Of a stretch of DNA of 64,000 nucleotides, positions 1 to 16,201 are shown piece after piece. Origin of the DNA: the human T2T-CHM13v2.0 reference genome, Homo sapiens; NCBI RefSeq assembly GCF_009914755.1, contig NC_060925.1, one strand, 5' to 3'. The notes beneath the pieces are model-generated. The model had not been told where the DNA came from. It saw only the letters and a program-made list of their open reading frames with translations, and made no database searches. The first letter of the stretch is position 1. The number at the start of each line of letters is the position of its first letter. A program made the position numbers and the translations under genes.

Positions 1-1822
1 AAAATTGTTTTGGTCTCAGTTCCTCAAAATCACATTTAAGGAGCTTGAGATTTATATTTTCTACTTAATAAGTCTTACAAAAGCAAGTTAAGAAGGAAAA
101 TGGACAATCATTTCTGCACATATAGGGTTTAATAAAACATGTATAATAAAATATCTCATATTTTAAATTTCCACCTTATTGGTAGCTTTCATGACAAAGG
201 GCTAGGGTGCTGGTGGCCATACAATTAAGGTTTTTGGTTAGTTAGTTAGCAGAACTGACTGACTCCTACCTGGTGGGTGTTTCTTTTGTTTGTTTGTTTG
301 GTTGGTTGGTTTTTTCCCAGATGGCTCAGGAGGAAGGTAAATAGCAGTCATTGTATGTGTGACAGAGTTTGAGATAGAATGAGCATATTGAATCTCACAT
401 CCTGTTCTTATTACTGTCAGGCAGCGCTGACCTAGCAGTATAAAACTATCTGAAGCAATGTAGTCACTCAGTTCTCATAAAGTTTATTTCAAGTACTGTA
501 ACAATTCATGTTTGGATTAGAAAAGTCACTAGAAATTTGACTTCCATATAGTAATCTATACTTTTTTCTCTCATTTCCTTCATTTTTTGAGCCGTAAGTG
601 TAAGGCATTTTGGTGGTATTATTACAATGGTTATGAGGAGTTTCTTTGCTTGCCCAAGGTCACATAGCTAGCAAGTTAAAGTAGATTCAAATCCAGGCCT
701 GCTAGATACCAAATTATTATTTAAGAGTACTTTTCACTACTCCTAAATAATGACACAGATATGTTTGTCTTACACATTTCACTTTATTGTCAAGTTATTA
801 GTATGTTTATTTTCAAAAGGTATTTTTTGCAATTTCTTTTTATTATTCCGTACTTTTTAAATTTACTTCATTATCACGTCTTCCTTTATTCTTTTTAAAT
901 AGTTTTTGCTTTTGTTATTTTGTTTTCCCTTTTTTACTCTTGGTTTGTAATACATCTTTCCTTATTTGCTCCTTTCTCATTTGATCTCAATGTTAATCCA
1001 ACTGTTTTCCACATCTGATTCACTAAAATTTTAGCCCTTAAAAAAAAATTCCTGTTTTTCCTATCTCCTCTTGCCCATTCTCTTCTCCTTGCCTCACTTC
1101 TTTTATCTTTTTCCATTTTACTTTCATTTTTTGTTTCTCTAGATGTTGTTTTGACATATGAGTTAATGTACTGGTACAATTTTGCATCTGTAAATTAGAG
1201 CTTCAGAATCAACTGAGTGTATTTATTCTTTATTTTTAGGCCTAAATTTATCTTACCTTTTATTGATTTTATAATATACTATACTCTTTCATTTTAGTCT
1301 GCATATGTTAGCCAAAGAAGATATGCCCCTGTTTTAAGAAATCTCTGTAAAAAATGTCAAGTGTGACAAGAATTCTTCAAGAAACAAGCTCCTCTAGTTT
1401 GTCTTCTATATTTAGAGCTTCAACAGTTACCTATATTACTGGTAACTCCCAAATATACCTTCAAACTTGTTTTTTGGGCCCAAGTTTTTTGCTTCATATA
1501 TATCTGTTTTGAATATCCCATAAATAATTGCATCTAAAGCATACCTCCACTCCATTGTTCTCACAGATAAAACCAAACCTGTGCTTCTTCTTATATTTCT
1601 AGTATTTAAGCGTCACCTGCCACCCCTTTACCTGAGCTACAAGTCACGCATTGCATTAGACTCCTCTGCTTTCTTCTTTCACCTCTAACTAGACTATTCA
1701 CCAAAAATTTTTAAATATAACTTTCAAAAGGTGGGGTTTTATTACATCATTTCCATCCTTTATGTTTGGGTTCGAGCCCTCATTAACTTTAACATGGATT
1801 CTTGGAGTACCCTCCTTACTGA

Positions 1823-2158
<336 letters not shown>

Positions 2159-2433
2159 AATAATTTTTCTTTTTTTTGTGCTAATCATACTACATTTTCT
2201 TTAGAATAAAAGATCACATACTTCAGTTTGCCATTCGCAGTCTGGCCCCATTGTGCCATTCTAGACTTACCTCCTGCCACTCCCCACCAGCTTTGTTTTG
2301 TCTTAGCCACACAAAATAATCTAGCGTCTCTAACCAGTCAAACATTTTACCTTGTGCCTTGGCTCACTCTGTGCCTTTTCTCCAGAATATCTTTCTGTGT
2401 ACTTTTCTCCCATCCTTTTGCCTTTAAACCTGC

Positions 2434-2850
2434 TGCTATGGTTTGGATGTTGTTTGGCCCCTCCAAAACTCACGTTGTAGTTCAATTGCCAATGTAATAG
2501 TGTTGGGAGATGCTACTTTTAAGAGGTAATTAGGTTGCTAAGATGGATTAACATCTTTCTCTTGACACTGAGACTGGGTTCTCCTGGGAATGGTTAGTTC
2601 CCAAGAGAGTGAGTTGTTATAAAACAATGCTGCCTCTTCTATTTTGCACTTTTTGTTTGCACAAACTCGGTCCCCTTCTGTTTCTCTATGATGTTTTGAT
2701 GCAGCATGAGGCAGTCATGAGAACCCACCAGATACAGCTGCCTGATCCTGAATTTCCCAGCCAACAGAACCAAGTGCTAAATAAAACTCTTTTTAATAAG
2801 TTACCCACTCTCAGGTGTTCTATTATCGCAACAGAAAACAGTTTAAGACA
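2434..2850 (+). mobile_element. ERVL-MaLR solo LTR (MST/MLT1A-like)
   Basis: TGCTATGGTTTGGATG start and AACAGAAAACAGTTTAAGACA end (TG...CA). Perfect 5-bp TSD CCTGC at 2429-2433 and 2851-2855. Confidence 0.85.
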
Positions 2851-2855
2851 CCTGC

Positions 2856-5425
2856 TAGGCTCCTAACCTTGAGGGGCTAGAAAACAAAGCCAGAGGTCCA
2901 GTACCAGCCTCCTCAGAGTTAGAATACACAGCTCATGAGTGCTGAGCTCAGCCTTGGCCCCTACAATCTTCCAGAAATGAGGCCACTTGGCTGAGCCCAT
3001 TATATGCAACATTCAGACCCCCAAGGGCATCAAAGAAGACAAAAGCAGAAAAACCTATCCAAGAAACAGCAACTTCAAAGGTTGAAGCAACATCAGACCA
3101 CACAGGTGAGAACCAGCACAAGAACTCTGGCAACTCAAAAAGCCAGAGTGCCTTCTTACCTTCAAGCAACTGCACTATTTCCCCAACAGTGGTTCTTAAC
3201 CAGGCTGACATGACAAAAATAGAGTTCTGAATATGGATAACTTTGAGGAACATAGATGCAAAAATCCTCAATGACTCAATTTGCTGGACTAGCAAACCAA
3301 GCCCAGCAGCATGTCAAAAACGAATCCACCACAATCAAGCAAGCTTTATCCCTGGGATGCAAGTTTGGTTCAACATATGCAAATCAATAAATGTGATTCA
3401 TCACATAAACAACTAAAAACAAAAACCACATGGTCATCTCAATAGATGCAGAAAGGGCTTTCAATAAAATTCAACATCCCTTCATGTTAAAAACCCTCAG
3501 CAAACTAGGCATTAGAGGAACATACTTCAAAATAAGAGCCATCTATGATGAGCCCACAGCCAACATCATACTGAATGGGCCAAATGCTAGAAATACTCCC
3601 TGTGAGAACCAGAATAAGACAAAGATGCCCACTCTCACCAATCCTATTCAACATAGTACTGAGAGTCCTAGTCAGAGATAACAGGTTAGAGAAAGAAATA
3701 TAAGACATCCAAGGAAAAGAGGAAGTCAAACTATCTCTGCAGACAATATGATTCTGTAGAAAACCCCATAGTCTTTGCCTAAAAGCTCTTTGATCTGATA
3801 AACAATTAGCAAAGTTTCAGGATACAAAATTAATGTACAAAAATTAGTGGCATTTCTATACACCAATAGCATTCAATCTGAGGGTCAAAATCAAGAATGC
3901 AATCTCATTCACAATAGCCATACACACACAAAAATACCTAGAAATATAGATAACGAGGTGAAAGATCTCTACAAAAAGAATTACAAAACTACTCAAATCA
4001 GAGATGACACAAACAAATGGAAAAAGATTCCATGCTCATGGATAGGAAGAATTAGTGTTGTTAAAATGGCTGTACTTCCCAATGCAGTTTATGGATTCAA
4101 TGCTATTCCTATGAAACTACCAGTGATATACTTCACAGAATTAGAAAAAAAAACTTTTAAAATTCATATGGAACTTAAAAAAGAGCCTGAATAGCCATAA
4201 CAATCTTAAGCAAAATGAACAAAGCTGAAGGCATTACACTACCCAATTTCAACTATACTACAAGGCTTCGGTAACTAAAACAGCAGGGTACTGGTACAAA
4301 AACAGACACATAGACCAATGGAACGGAAAAGAGCCCAGAAATAATGCTGCACACCTATGATCTGATATTTGAAAAAAGTTGACAAAAACAAGCAATGAGA
4401 AAAGGACTCCCTATTCAATAAATGGTGCTGAAATAAGTGGCTAGCCATATGCATAAGATTGAAACTGGACCCCTTCCTTATGCCATATACAAAAATCAAC
4501 TCATATGAAGTAAAGACTTAGATATAAAACCTAAAACTATAAAAGCCGTGGAAGATAGCCTGGGAAATACTATTCTGGAATAGGACCTGGCAAAGATTTC
4601 ATAACAAAGATGCCAAAAACAATTGCAACTAAAACAAAAATTGACAAATGGAATCTAATTAAAGAGCTTTAGCATAGCCAAAAACAAACAAACAAAACAG
4701 TGAACACGGTAAACAGATAACCTACAGAATGAGAGAAAATATTTGCAAACTATGCATCCTAGAGAAGTCTAATATCCAGAATTTATAAGGAACTTTATAA
4801 GCAAAAAACAACCTCATTAAAAAGTGGGCAAATGACACGAACAGACATTTTTCAAAAAGACATACATGTGGCCAAGAAGCATATGAAAAAATGTTCCACA
4901 TCACTAATAGTTAGAGAAATGCAAATCTAAACCACAATGAGATACCATCTCATACCAATCAGAACGGCTATTAAAAAGTCAAAAAGCAATAGATGCTGGC
5001 GTGGTTGCAGAGAAAATGGAACACTTATATAGTGCTAATGGGAATGTAAATTAGTTCAGCCGTTGTGCAAAGCACTTTGGTGATTTCTCAAAGAACCTGA
5101 AATAATTACCACTCCACCCAGCGATCCCATTATTGGATATATACCTAAAGGAATATAGATTGTTCTGCCATAAAGACACATGCACGCATATGTTCATCGC
5201 AGCACTATTCACGATAGCAAAGACATGGAATCAACCTAAATGCCCATCAGTGGTAGTCTGGATAAAGAAAATGTGGTACATGTACACCATGGAATATACA
5301 CAGCCATAAAAAAATAAGATTATGTTCTTTGCAGCAACATGGATGGAGCTGGAGGCAATTATCCCAAGCTAAATTATGTAGGAACAGAAAACCAAATACC
5401 GCATATTCTCACTTATAAGTGGGAG
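2856..5425 (+). mobile_element. Old primate LINE-1 (L1PA/L1PB-type), internally deleted, degraded ORF2 (RT to C-terminus)
   Basis: ORF fragments [23 protein letters not shown] and DDTNKWKKIPCSWIGRI are L1 ORF2p. Many frameshifts. 2856-3240 resembles 5'UTR/ORF1 start. Ends at CTTATAAGTGGGAGC. Confidence 0.9.
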
Positions 5426-6691
5426 CATGACAATGTTTAGCATGACAATGTCTGTGAGAGAATAAGAGATGGGTGGTGTCACCACTATCTTTCTCTTTCT
5501 GTTCTCCAAATTATAATAATAACAGTCTCTTTTCCTCCTCTAAACATTTTTTATAAAGGAGGTTGAACTCAGTTGAAATATCTTGAAATTACTGTGGCTG
5601 GTTTACAAGCCACTCTGGAAAGTTATGCTCTGGCATAAATTTAGCAGCTATGTTTTACTGTAAAAAGAAACCCAGGGACATAGCTTATTAAGAAAATGTG
5701 GTCAAAGTGAGAATTTTCTTTGGTTTTATGAATAAATATAGATATTATATTACAAAATTAGATTTATATCGTTGAGCTTGATACTAGACAGTAAATATTA
5801 TTTCTTAGGAAAAGGTTAATACATCATTAAATTTTAAAAGTTGAACACAAAATCTCTAACAAATTAAATTTAAATATTTCCATTTCAATATCATTGCAGA
5901 CAGTTCATGGTAGTGAAGTACATTGAGAAAACTTGTTCTTTAAGAAAACAAACTTCTGGGTAAAAGATAGTAATATATCAGCAAAAAAAGATTTTTATCA
6001 AGAGGGTTGAAGGCTATAGCATCATCAAGGTAAAGATCAAATAGCATGGAGGCTAAAATAAACCTGTGCTTTTTTGAGCGGGTGGTCAATAGAAATTGGC
6101 TCTGTTGCTGGAGATCCTGAATTTTAAATTCTGGTGATCAGGCCAGTAATATGCTGATGAAGCAGAAATGTCACAGCATATTTTACCAAGTCAAAGACAG
6201 GCAACAGTTATGAGAGGGACATGGAGAACCTGGTAGAGCTCTGTGTACTATGCTGAATTAATAAATAGACAACTAACTTAAGGTGGACAAAACTGCTGGG
6301 TGTCTCTCAGGCTTCTAATGTTTTCAAAATGTATTTGAAGACTTAAAGCCTTATAATAATAAGAAGAAGACTAGTCCAAGTTCTGTTTATTTCCTTTTAA
6401 AAGGAGTCAACACTTGAGGAGACAATTCTGTACTCCCACAACAGGAAAAATGCATCCTTTTACCGTGTGAATAATTGAACCAGAGTCATTGCCCACTCTT
6501 CAGGAAATAGCTCATGTAAACTTTTGGCCAACTTGTGCTTCACAGTGCACTTACCTCTTGACATCTACCTCTGTAAACTTTTATTTGTATTACCAAATAT
6601 TGACTGCAAACAAAAAAAAAAAAAAAGGAAGAAAAAGGAACCTCCCTTATACAATTACAGAACGTTAGAGCAAAAGAGAACTGAAAGATGA

Positions 6692-7052
<361 letters not shown>

Positions 7053-7618
7053 AAGATCCTCTCTCTTATTGCTTGATGAAAAAATGTATTAGGCACTGGG
7101 AGGATAGAAATTAAAGAGCCCCAATACTTGACATCTAGGAGCTCACAACCCAATAAGAAAAGTACACATGTAGACCACCCTCCAATATTTTACTGTACTC
7201 TGTACACTGTTGCTAGAATGATCTTTCTGAAAATACAAATTGTAATGTATCTAACCCTGTGTAAAACCGTGCAGTGGCTCCTTGTTGCCTGTAAGGTAAA
7301 GCTTTCCCCTTGTTCTCCAGCCTTCTGTCTAAATGGGTCTATGCTGATGCTCAGGATCCAGCCATAGAGAACCAATTGTTTTTCCCTACATATAGCAGGC
7401 TTTTCCCTAAATATAGCAGGCCCTTTCATCCTGCCAGGCCTTTGTTATGCTGTTCTCTGCCTGGAATGACCTCCTCTCATTACCCTCCAGGAGGGTTATC
7501 TCTCTTGTAATAGATTTCCTTAGGTTTCTCTCCTTCCACCTCCAACCCCACAAACAGAATTAACCATTCCTTCCTTTGTTTATTTGTCCTGCCCATATTT
7601 CTCCTACAGCACCTATAG

Positions 7619-8052
<434 letters not shown>

Positions 8053-8379
8053 TAGCTCAGTGCCTGGCTCAGAACAACTCCATTGAATGAACCATCCATA
8101 GAGGCCCTTACATCATGCTATGGGAATGCAACAGAAGGAGCAGTGAACTGTGCTTGGAGGAGTTGCCTTGGAAGCTGAAGCATGTATACCAAATAGAGGA
8201 ACATCAGGGCAGGGCAAGGGTTGGTTCATAGCTGGTCGCCAGAATAGAATGCTCAAAGGTACAGGGGCCTGAGAAGTGGTGGAAAGGTTGGCAGGTTTGG
8301 GAAATTTGAGGATACCTGAGAGGATGCACTGTGGGATGTGGTGGTTTGCTGTTATTATTGTTATTGTTAAACCAGAAGA

Positions 8380-9200
8380 AGAGGCTATGAGTTAGTCAGG
8401 GGCTGTGTGTTAAAAGGCCTGGCAATTCATGCTGAGAAAGGAGTTTTGATTATATTACAAAGAGCTAAAGAAAGAAGAGTTTTGAAGGTCAGTATTCAAG
8501 AGTAGGGATGATTGGATATGCCTGTCAGAGAGAAAGGACAATGCAGTGACCAGGAGAGATTGCTCCAGGGAGGAGTGGGACTGCATCTTAGAGTCTGGGT
8601 GGGGCATTGCTGATCTGAGGGTTCAGAGAACTGAGAATGGTCCAGGTGAAAACTGATGAGGGCCTGAGGCAAGGCAGTGGAGATGGAGAAAATGAGAATG
8701 ATTGGAGAAATAAACACAGCAGTGGTGGAATGGTGAGTGGCAATCAGCTGAAGATGGGGAATAAAGGGAAATGAGGAGTCAAAAATGATCCCAAGTGTTT
8801 ATCTTGAATGTTTAAGCAGATGGCGTTGTCCTGATATGGAATGCAGAAAAATAACATCGAGTTGAGTTTGTGATGCTTTCGAGATACTTAAATGAAAATG
8901 TTGAGAAAGCAGTTGAAATTACATGTCTCATACTCAGGAAAGAGTTGAGGGCATGAGTCTCTCTAGGTAATAACTGATTCCATAGGAGAGGATGAGAGCA
9001 TCTGAGAGCATGTGAGGGCGAGAGAAGGTCTAGAATGAGGCCCTCGGTTAAGGAGGAGAGAGAGGAGAAGGAGACAACAAAGAAATCCAATGTGGAGTCA
9101 TGAGAGCCATAGAAAAAGAGTTTATTCACAGGGAAGAAAGAGTTTGTAGTGTTAAAAATCAAAGAAAGGATATAGATTGAAAAAAAGGTCCTGAAAGAAC
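8380..9200 (-). mobile_element. Ancient LINE-2 remnant
   Basis: Purine-rich degraded L2-like motifs (GAGGAGTCAAAAATGATCCCAAG, TTGAGTTTGTGATGC). Boundaries approximate. Confidence 0.6.
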
Positions 9201-9690
9201 TGTAATATAAGGCTACAAACATACTCATTGGGGGCTGGAGGAAGTCCAACATAAGCCAGCCCCAGAGTTGAGCCAGTGAATCGGAGACAAAAGGCTCCTT
9301 CTCTTTTTTAGTCCCAGCCAGTTCATAAGCCTGAGGTTGAATTGCAACTATGATTTATGCTAAATAGCTTTATCTAATTAGGGCTGGTAAAATTGAAGTG
9401 GTTGGAATACCTCTGGCAAGAACTTGATAAAAATTTGAGAGTCTTTCACGTTAATTTTAATCTTCGTTTGCATGAAATGGGATGGTTAAGGAGAAGTAAA
9501 AGAAAAACATGAAAAGGAAGGCACAATAAGAAGCATTCATTCTTTAAAGGAAAATGGTGTACCAAAGAGTAGTCCCAGAGCTCTTCCTTCTCCTGCCTCC
9601 ACATAGTCTAAGGTCTGTTTACAGGAAAAACATAAGCTAGCGTGGCCAATATAGGTTTTAATGGGTGAGCCAAAAAAAAAAAAAAAATGC

Positions 9691-10763
9691 TTTCATGGCA
9701 AAAATACCAAAAGCAATTTCAATAAAAGCAAAAATTGACAAATGGGATCTAATTAAACTAATGAGCTTCTGCACAGCAAATGAAACTATCATCAGAGTGA
9801 ACAGACAATTTACAGAATGGAAGAATATTTTTGCAATCTATTCATCTGACAAAGGTCTAATATCCAGAGTTTACAAGGAACTTAAACAAATTTACAAGAA
9901 AAAAAAACCCCATTAAAAGATGGGCAAAGGACATGAACAGACACTTCTCAAAAGAAGTCATACATGTGGCCAAAAACATATGATAAAAAGCTCAAAATCA
10001 CTGATCATTAGAGAAATGCAAATCAAAACCACAATGAGATACCATCTCATGCCAGTCAGAATGGCTGTTACTAAAAAGTCAAAAAACAACAGATGCTGGC
10101 GAGGTTGTGGAGAAAAAGGAATGCTTTTATGCTGTTGGTTGGAGTGTAAATTAGTTCAACCATTGTGGAAGACAGTGTGGCAATTCCTCAAAGAGCTAGA
10201 GGCTGAAATAACATTTGACCTAGTAATCCAACTATTGAGTATATACCCAAAGGAATATAAATCATTATATTATAAAGATACATGCATGTTTATGTTCATT
10301 GCAGCACATTCACGATAGCAAAGACATGGAATCAACCTAAATTTCCATCAATGACAGACTGGATAAAGAAAATGTACATACATACCATGGAATACTACGC
10401 AGCCATAAAAAGGAATAAGATCATATCTTTTGCAGGGACATGGATGGAGCTGGAGGCCATTATCCTCAGCAAACTAACGCAGGGACAGAGAACCAAACAC
10501 TGCATGTTCTCACTTATAAGTGGGAGATGAATGATGAGAACACATGGACACATAGGGGGAACAACACATGATGGGGTCAGTCAGAGGGGGGTGTGAGGGG
10601 AGGGAGAGTGTCGGGAAGAATAGCTAATGGATACTGGGCTTAATAAGCAGGTGATGGGATGAATTGTACAGCAAATCACCATGGCACACATTTACCTATG
10701 TAAGAAACCCCCACATCCTGCACATATACCCCTGAACTTAAAAGTTGAAGGAAAAAAAAAAAG
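9691..10763 (+). mobile_element. 5'-truncated LINE-1 (old L1PA/L1PB): ORF2 C-terminus, 3'UTR and poly(A)
   Basis: [18 protein letters not shown] and [14 protein letters not shown] match L1 ORF2p. G-rich 3'UTR and A-tail. AAAAAAATGC on both flanks (9681-9690, 10764-10773). Confidence 0.93.
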
Positions 10764-11599
10764 TAAAAAAATGCCATCATGATACAATTAGGCACTTATA
10801 AAAAATGTGTTCCAAATCCCTCAAAAGTGTTTTAGTAAGGGGCTTACTAAGTATGGAGATTTCAAATGTGGTATGTGGATGGTGCTAAAATTGAGAGTAA
10901 GCATTTAGAAATTTTTAGAGCAAATCGAGAATGCTGTAACATACAAGCACATTGTCAGTGGACTCATGTCAATGAGCAGGGTATGGACTGGTCTGGGTGT
11001 TGTGGAATTCTCATAGTGAGTCACAGGTGGCATGACCTGTGCACTAGTCATACGCAGGAAGACCCTTAGACCACAAGCTTGGAAATTAAAAAAAAATTAA
11101 CCACACAGATAGTTTGAAAATCACTGCTTTAGATCACAACCCATTTGTAAGTTAAGAGGCCCTACAGCTCGTTTGGTGCAAGGAAGTTGACAGAGAGCTT
11201 GAGCATACACCAAAAAATTTAGATATAAAGTGACGGGAAATTTGAAGCCATTGTAGAAGATACGAATTGGAGATGGAACTACCCAAAATTACCTTCTATA
11301 AGGATCTTCTAGATTAAATGCAAGCTAACTTATTCTTAAAATTGTTTTGTTCATTATGATATGAACAGAGTCTATATCAGAACCTGGAACATGGCAGGCA
11401 CTAAATAAATATTTTATGAATATTGAATTAGTTGTTCTAACAACATCGTGGAGAATAGCTTGAGAAGGGTAAAGGCTAGAATCAGAAAAAGTGGCTAGGA
11501 AGACTTTAAAGACTGTCTAGACATAGGTTGATGGGTGGATTAGCCTAGTGGATACAGAGATTCAGAAAATATGAATCTAAGAAATATTGGGAGGAACTT

Positions 11600-12165
11600 C
11601 CAGTTTTTCCCATGTCAGTAAGCACATGGACATTCATCAAAGTCCAAATCAGAAATGTGGGGTCATCCTTGACTCTTCTCTTTCTCCTTGCTCCTCATAT
11701 TTGGTCACTCTCTGAATCCTAAATATCGCTACCCTGCCTTCTCCTGCTATTCACACTGCTTTAGTTCAAGCCCCACCACGTCCCTCCAGGACTTTGTTAT
11801 AGCTTCCTTAAATGGTCTCCCTGCCCTGGGTTCTTCCCCATTAAGCTTTTCTTCCAAAATTGAAAATTCAGTGTTTTTCCTTTTTTGTGTGAAACCATGA
11901 AATGGCTCCTGATTTACCTTCTAAGCTTCAGCATACCTAAGCTCCATGGTAGGGCTGCTCCTTACCAGGCCTTGTGTCATCTGGCACTTGCTTTGCATGC
12001 CAGTGCATTCTTCTGCTCCTTACTTGGTGGTTCTTAAACCAGACCAACACTAAACAACTGGTAACCCCTGCCCCAAGGGTTTGCCATGCTATTTCATGCC
12101 TCTGTGCCTTTGCTTATGCTATTCCTTCTGCCTGAAATGCTCTCACTCCCAACACCCTGGCTGCT
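11600..12165 (+). mobile_element. LINE-2 remnant
   Basis: GTCATCCTTGACTCTTCTCT, TTAAATGGTCTCCCTGCC and TGCCTTTGCTTATGCTATTCCTTCTGCCTGAAATGC are typical L2 3' motifs. Confidence 0.65.
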
Positions 12166-12173
12166 TTTCCATC

Positions 12174-12598
12174 TGTATTCATTTCCTGTTGCTGCTGTAA
12201 CAAACTATCACAAACTTACTCTTTTTGAGGTCAGAAGTCTGAAATGAGGCTATTTCATGAGGCTAAAATTAAAGCATTGGCAGACCTTCATACCTCCTGG
12301 AGCTGGAGGAGAGACACTGTTCTTTGCCTCTTCCAGCTTCTAACCATAGTTTTTGTTTTTTGTTTGTTTGTTTTTGTTTTTGGCTGATGGTCCCTCATTG
12401 TCACATCTCTTTCTCTGACACTCCTGCCTCCTTTTTCTATAAGGACCCCTGTGATTACATCAGGTTCGTCTGAATAATCTAATCTTCCCATCTTCCTTAA
12501 ATGTAGTCATATCTGCAAAGTCCTCATTGACATGTACAGTAACATTTACAAGTTTGGGATGTGGATATCTCTGAGAAGCCATTATTCTGCTTACTGCA
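12174..12598 (-). mobile_element. MLT1C/D-type MaLR solo LTR
   Basis: TGTATTCATTTCCTGTTGCTGCTGTAACAAAC...CCATTATTCTGCTTACTGCA. Near-TSD CCATC/CCACC. Confidence 0.8.
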
Positions 12599-14498
12599 CC
12601 ACCCAACCCCAATTAATCTCTTAAAGCTCTGCTATCACTTTTTCTCTGAAACATGTTCTGCTCAGAGCTAATCACTCTCTATTTTGTGTCATATACATAC
12701 TACCTTCACTGCATGGGTTGGCTTGTATTGCACATAATAACTTTTAAAACACATCTACCTCTCTATTATATTTTGATTTCTTGAGGGGACAGCTTATTTA
12801 TCTTTGTATTACCAGCGGTAAGCATGTTACATGGTATATAGCAAGTAGTAGGAGCTAAATTATACTTTTTAAAAATGAATGTCCCAGGCAGTGCAATGAT
12901 CCATTTGAATGTTAACTAGACATGTAGGTTTAAATGGTGACTACAGTTGCGGTGCATTCCTAACTTTGCAGGGTCGTTGCCTACCACTCTCCCTGCCCAC
13001 GCTTGTCTGCTTCCCCTCCAGTCACATGGCCTTTCTAACCTTCCTTGGTCATGCTGTTCCTATCCCATCCTCATCTCTCTGTCTGTAATGCCCTTCCTCC
13101 AACTTTTCTTTTCATAAATCCCTAATTCATTCTCAAAGCACAAATCAAAACTTTTTCCTTCTGCAATGCCTTTTATTTGTCTCAAGACAGAATTCATCAC
13201 TTCCTCTTTTGAGTTGCTAAGACATTTTGTACAGATCTGTATTACATATTTCACATTGTGTTTTGCTTGGTTTTATATATGTATCTGTTCCATCACAAGA
13301 ATGCACAAAAGCCATATCTTGTTTATATCAGTACTAGGCATATAGCAAGCACTCAATAATGTTTATGACCTTAAAGCGAACATATAAACAGATGAGAATG
13401 GAGGGGCAACAGAAAGGAACCAAAAGATTAAAAGAGTGCCTTTGATAAAAGATAAAGAGGAAGGAAGAGACTGAGAAGACCCTCAAAGACAGCATTCAGA
13501 AGACCCTAGAGGCAGAGTGTGATGAAGGCTGGAGTTAGAGTGGCTGACCTCTAATTAAAGAGGAGAATGTGAGAGGCAGCACCACATGCAGTGAGCTGCA
13601 GGCCTGAGAAAGAGAAAGGCTGTTGGATGTGACCACGAAGAGATCCTAATGGTTTTAGGAAGCATAATGAGAATGCCCAGTCAGGACCCTGGGTCTGCTC
13701 CTGTTTTTAGGTTAGGAGAGATTAGGTTAGGTTAGGATCTCCAGAGGATAAATGACTTGAGGAAAAGGAATATCACACCTCATATCCGATCAACCTGCTT
13801 GAATGCTTGAGGCCATGAACACCTCAGCACAGCTCCAAGTCAGTTTGGAAGGCTTGGTTCTTTCATCTGATACCACGACTTCAAAGTACTAGGAGATGTA
13901 GATGGTTCTCAGGGAATACAGAAGCCAACATAATGTATTCCCCTATAATAATCAGAGATTTTCATCAATAGGGCACAGTTGGCTGGGTGGTCCAGGCTCC
14001 TGAGGAACAAAGGCAAAATGTCTAAATCTGGCTTCAGAACTGAGAATAATTTCTCTTTCACGGAACTTTTCTGGATGATGATATTTCTCTATATAAAGCA
14101 TTCTCTGACCCAGTGGACAAATATTTCTCACATCTCTGCCTGCCTTGAACCTTGCCCTCCTATCTTCCATCAACACTGCTGTCAGCTGTATTCTCCAACC
14201 TGTGTCTTGTTTGGCTAACCTGTATGGCCAACTGTCTGTCTTTACCTTTACAAAGCCTGATCTAGACAAACTTCTATGCCGGACATCTGCACTGATTTTT
14301 GCCCAAATCAATTGTCTAGCATCTATTTCTGTGATCTGCTTCTGCTGTGTCTGAATCAGTCTGCTGTGGTCTGATAGGTTGCACATTCTCAATGGGAGTG
14401 AGAATTGATCTTGGGGGATAAAAAACAACTTAATTTTTTAAATGTACAAAGTGCAGATATACATACAATGCATAAACCGATATCACAATATATCTGCG

Positions 14499-15025
14499 TG
14501 TATTAGGGCTCTCCAGAGAAACAGAACTGATAGCATATATTATATATAGATACACAGAAATAGATTTATTACGAGAGATTGGCTCATGCAATTATGGAAC
14601 CTGTGAAGTCCCATGATCAGCTGTCTGCAAATTGGAAGCCCAGGAAAGTTACTGGTGTATTATAACTCCAGTCCAAGCCAGAAGGCCTGAGAACCAGGAG
14701 AGCCAATCCTGTAAGTCCCAGTCCAAGTCCAAAGGCCCCAAAACCAGAAACACTACTGATATCCAAGGGCAGGAGGAGATGGATGTCCCAGCTCCAGAAG
14801 AGAGAGTGAACTTGTGGTTCCTCCACCTCTCTGTTTTATTCAGGCCTTCAAGGGATTGCATGATGCCCACTCACACTGCCAAGGGTGATCTTTTACTCAC
14901 TCTACCAATTCAAATGCTAACCTTTTCCAAGAACACCCTCCCAGACACACCCACAAATAATGTTTTACCAGTGATCTCAGCAATCCGTAGCCCGCTAAAG
15001 TTGACACACAAAATTAACCATCACA
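14499..15025 (-). mobile_element. MLT2 (ERVL) solo LTR, nested in a hAT-Charlie-like DNA element (about 14385-15125)
   Basis: TGTATTAGGGCTCTCCAGAGAAACAGAAC...TTGACACACAAAATTAACCATCACA. The right flank ends GGTTGAGAAATATTG, resembling a Charlie terminal repeat. Confidence 0.85.
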
Positions 15026-15858
15026 CTATGGTACCAAAATTTGATAGAGGAGAGCAATTTTTAAAAACATCTGAAAAGCCTCCTTAGGAAGGCAATAATG
15101 AAAAGAAAAGGGTTGAGAAATATTGTGATAGGTGATGAGGCTGCAATTCCTGTAACAGAAGGAACATAAGGAGACTGGATTGTGAGGAAATGGAGGTAGT
15201 CACAGTTATTTGACTGAGAAGTAGACTACAGAGAGAATTCCGATGAAGCAAACAAATTATGAGCACTTATTATGTGCCATGAACTGTGTGAAACCCTTTC
15301 ACATTTGTTAGCAAAGAGCTTCTCCTTTAGTAGTAATGTACATATTCCTTGCAGAAAAAACAGTGACATTTTCCATTGAGACAGTAGCGCACCTATCTCT
15401 CCTCTGCTTCAGCAGCCTTTATGCTAATTACTGTTTTGGAAGTAACTCCTCATTCACTTTTTGCAACATAAGATAATGAGAAATACAGCCCAGATTTTGT
15501 TTGTAGAAGCTCCTTTCATGGCAGCCTTTCAACAGTTTGGGTAATTTAAAAGATGCAGTTGTAATCGTGACTAACTCATTAAGATGCTTGATGAGCATCT
15601 TAATGAGTTAAAAAACCTGGACATTTTTAACGCACTTTTGGAAAGAGGCAAGAAAAATATAAGAGTGGGAATAATCCAAGGAAAACATTTCAAGTCTTTG
15701 AACAGTAGACCCTAGAATTTCCTTAGCTTGAGATAGGTTAGGACAAGAAAACAGAATGTTGCTTAAAAGAAGCCCAGTGATCATTTGTGTCTACTTGCAC
15801 TTCTGGAAGATGACTTTTGTTTGTTAGTTGGTTCATTTTGACTTAAAAAGTGTTTTTC

Positions 15859-16201
<343 letters not shown>

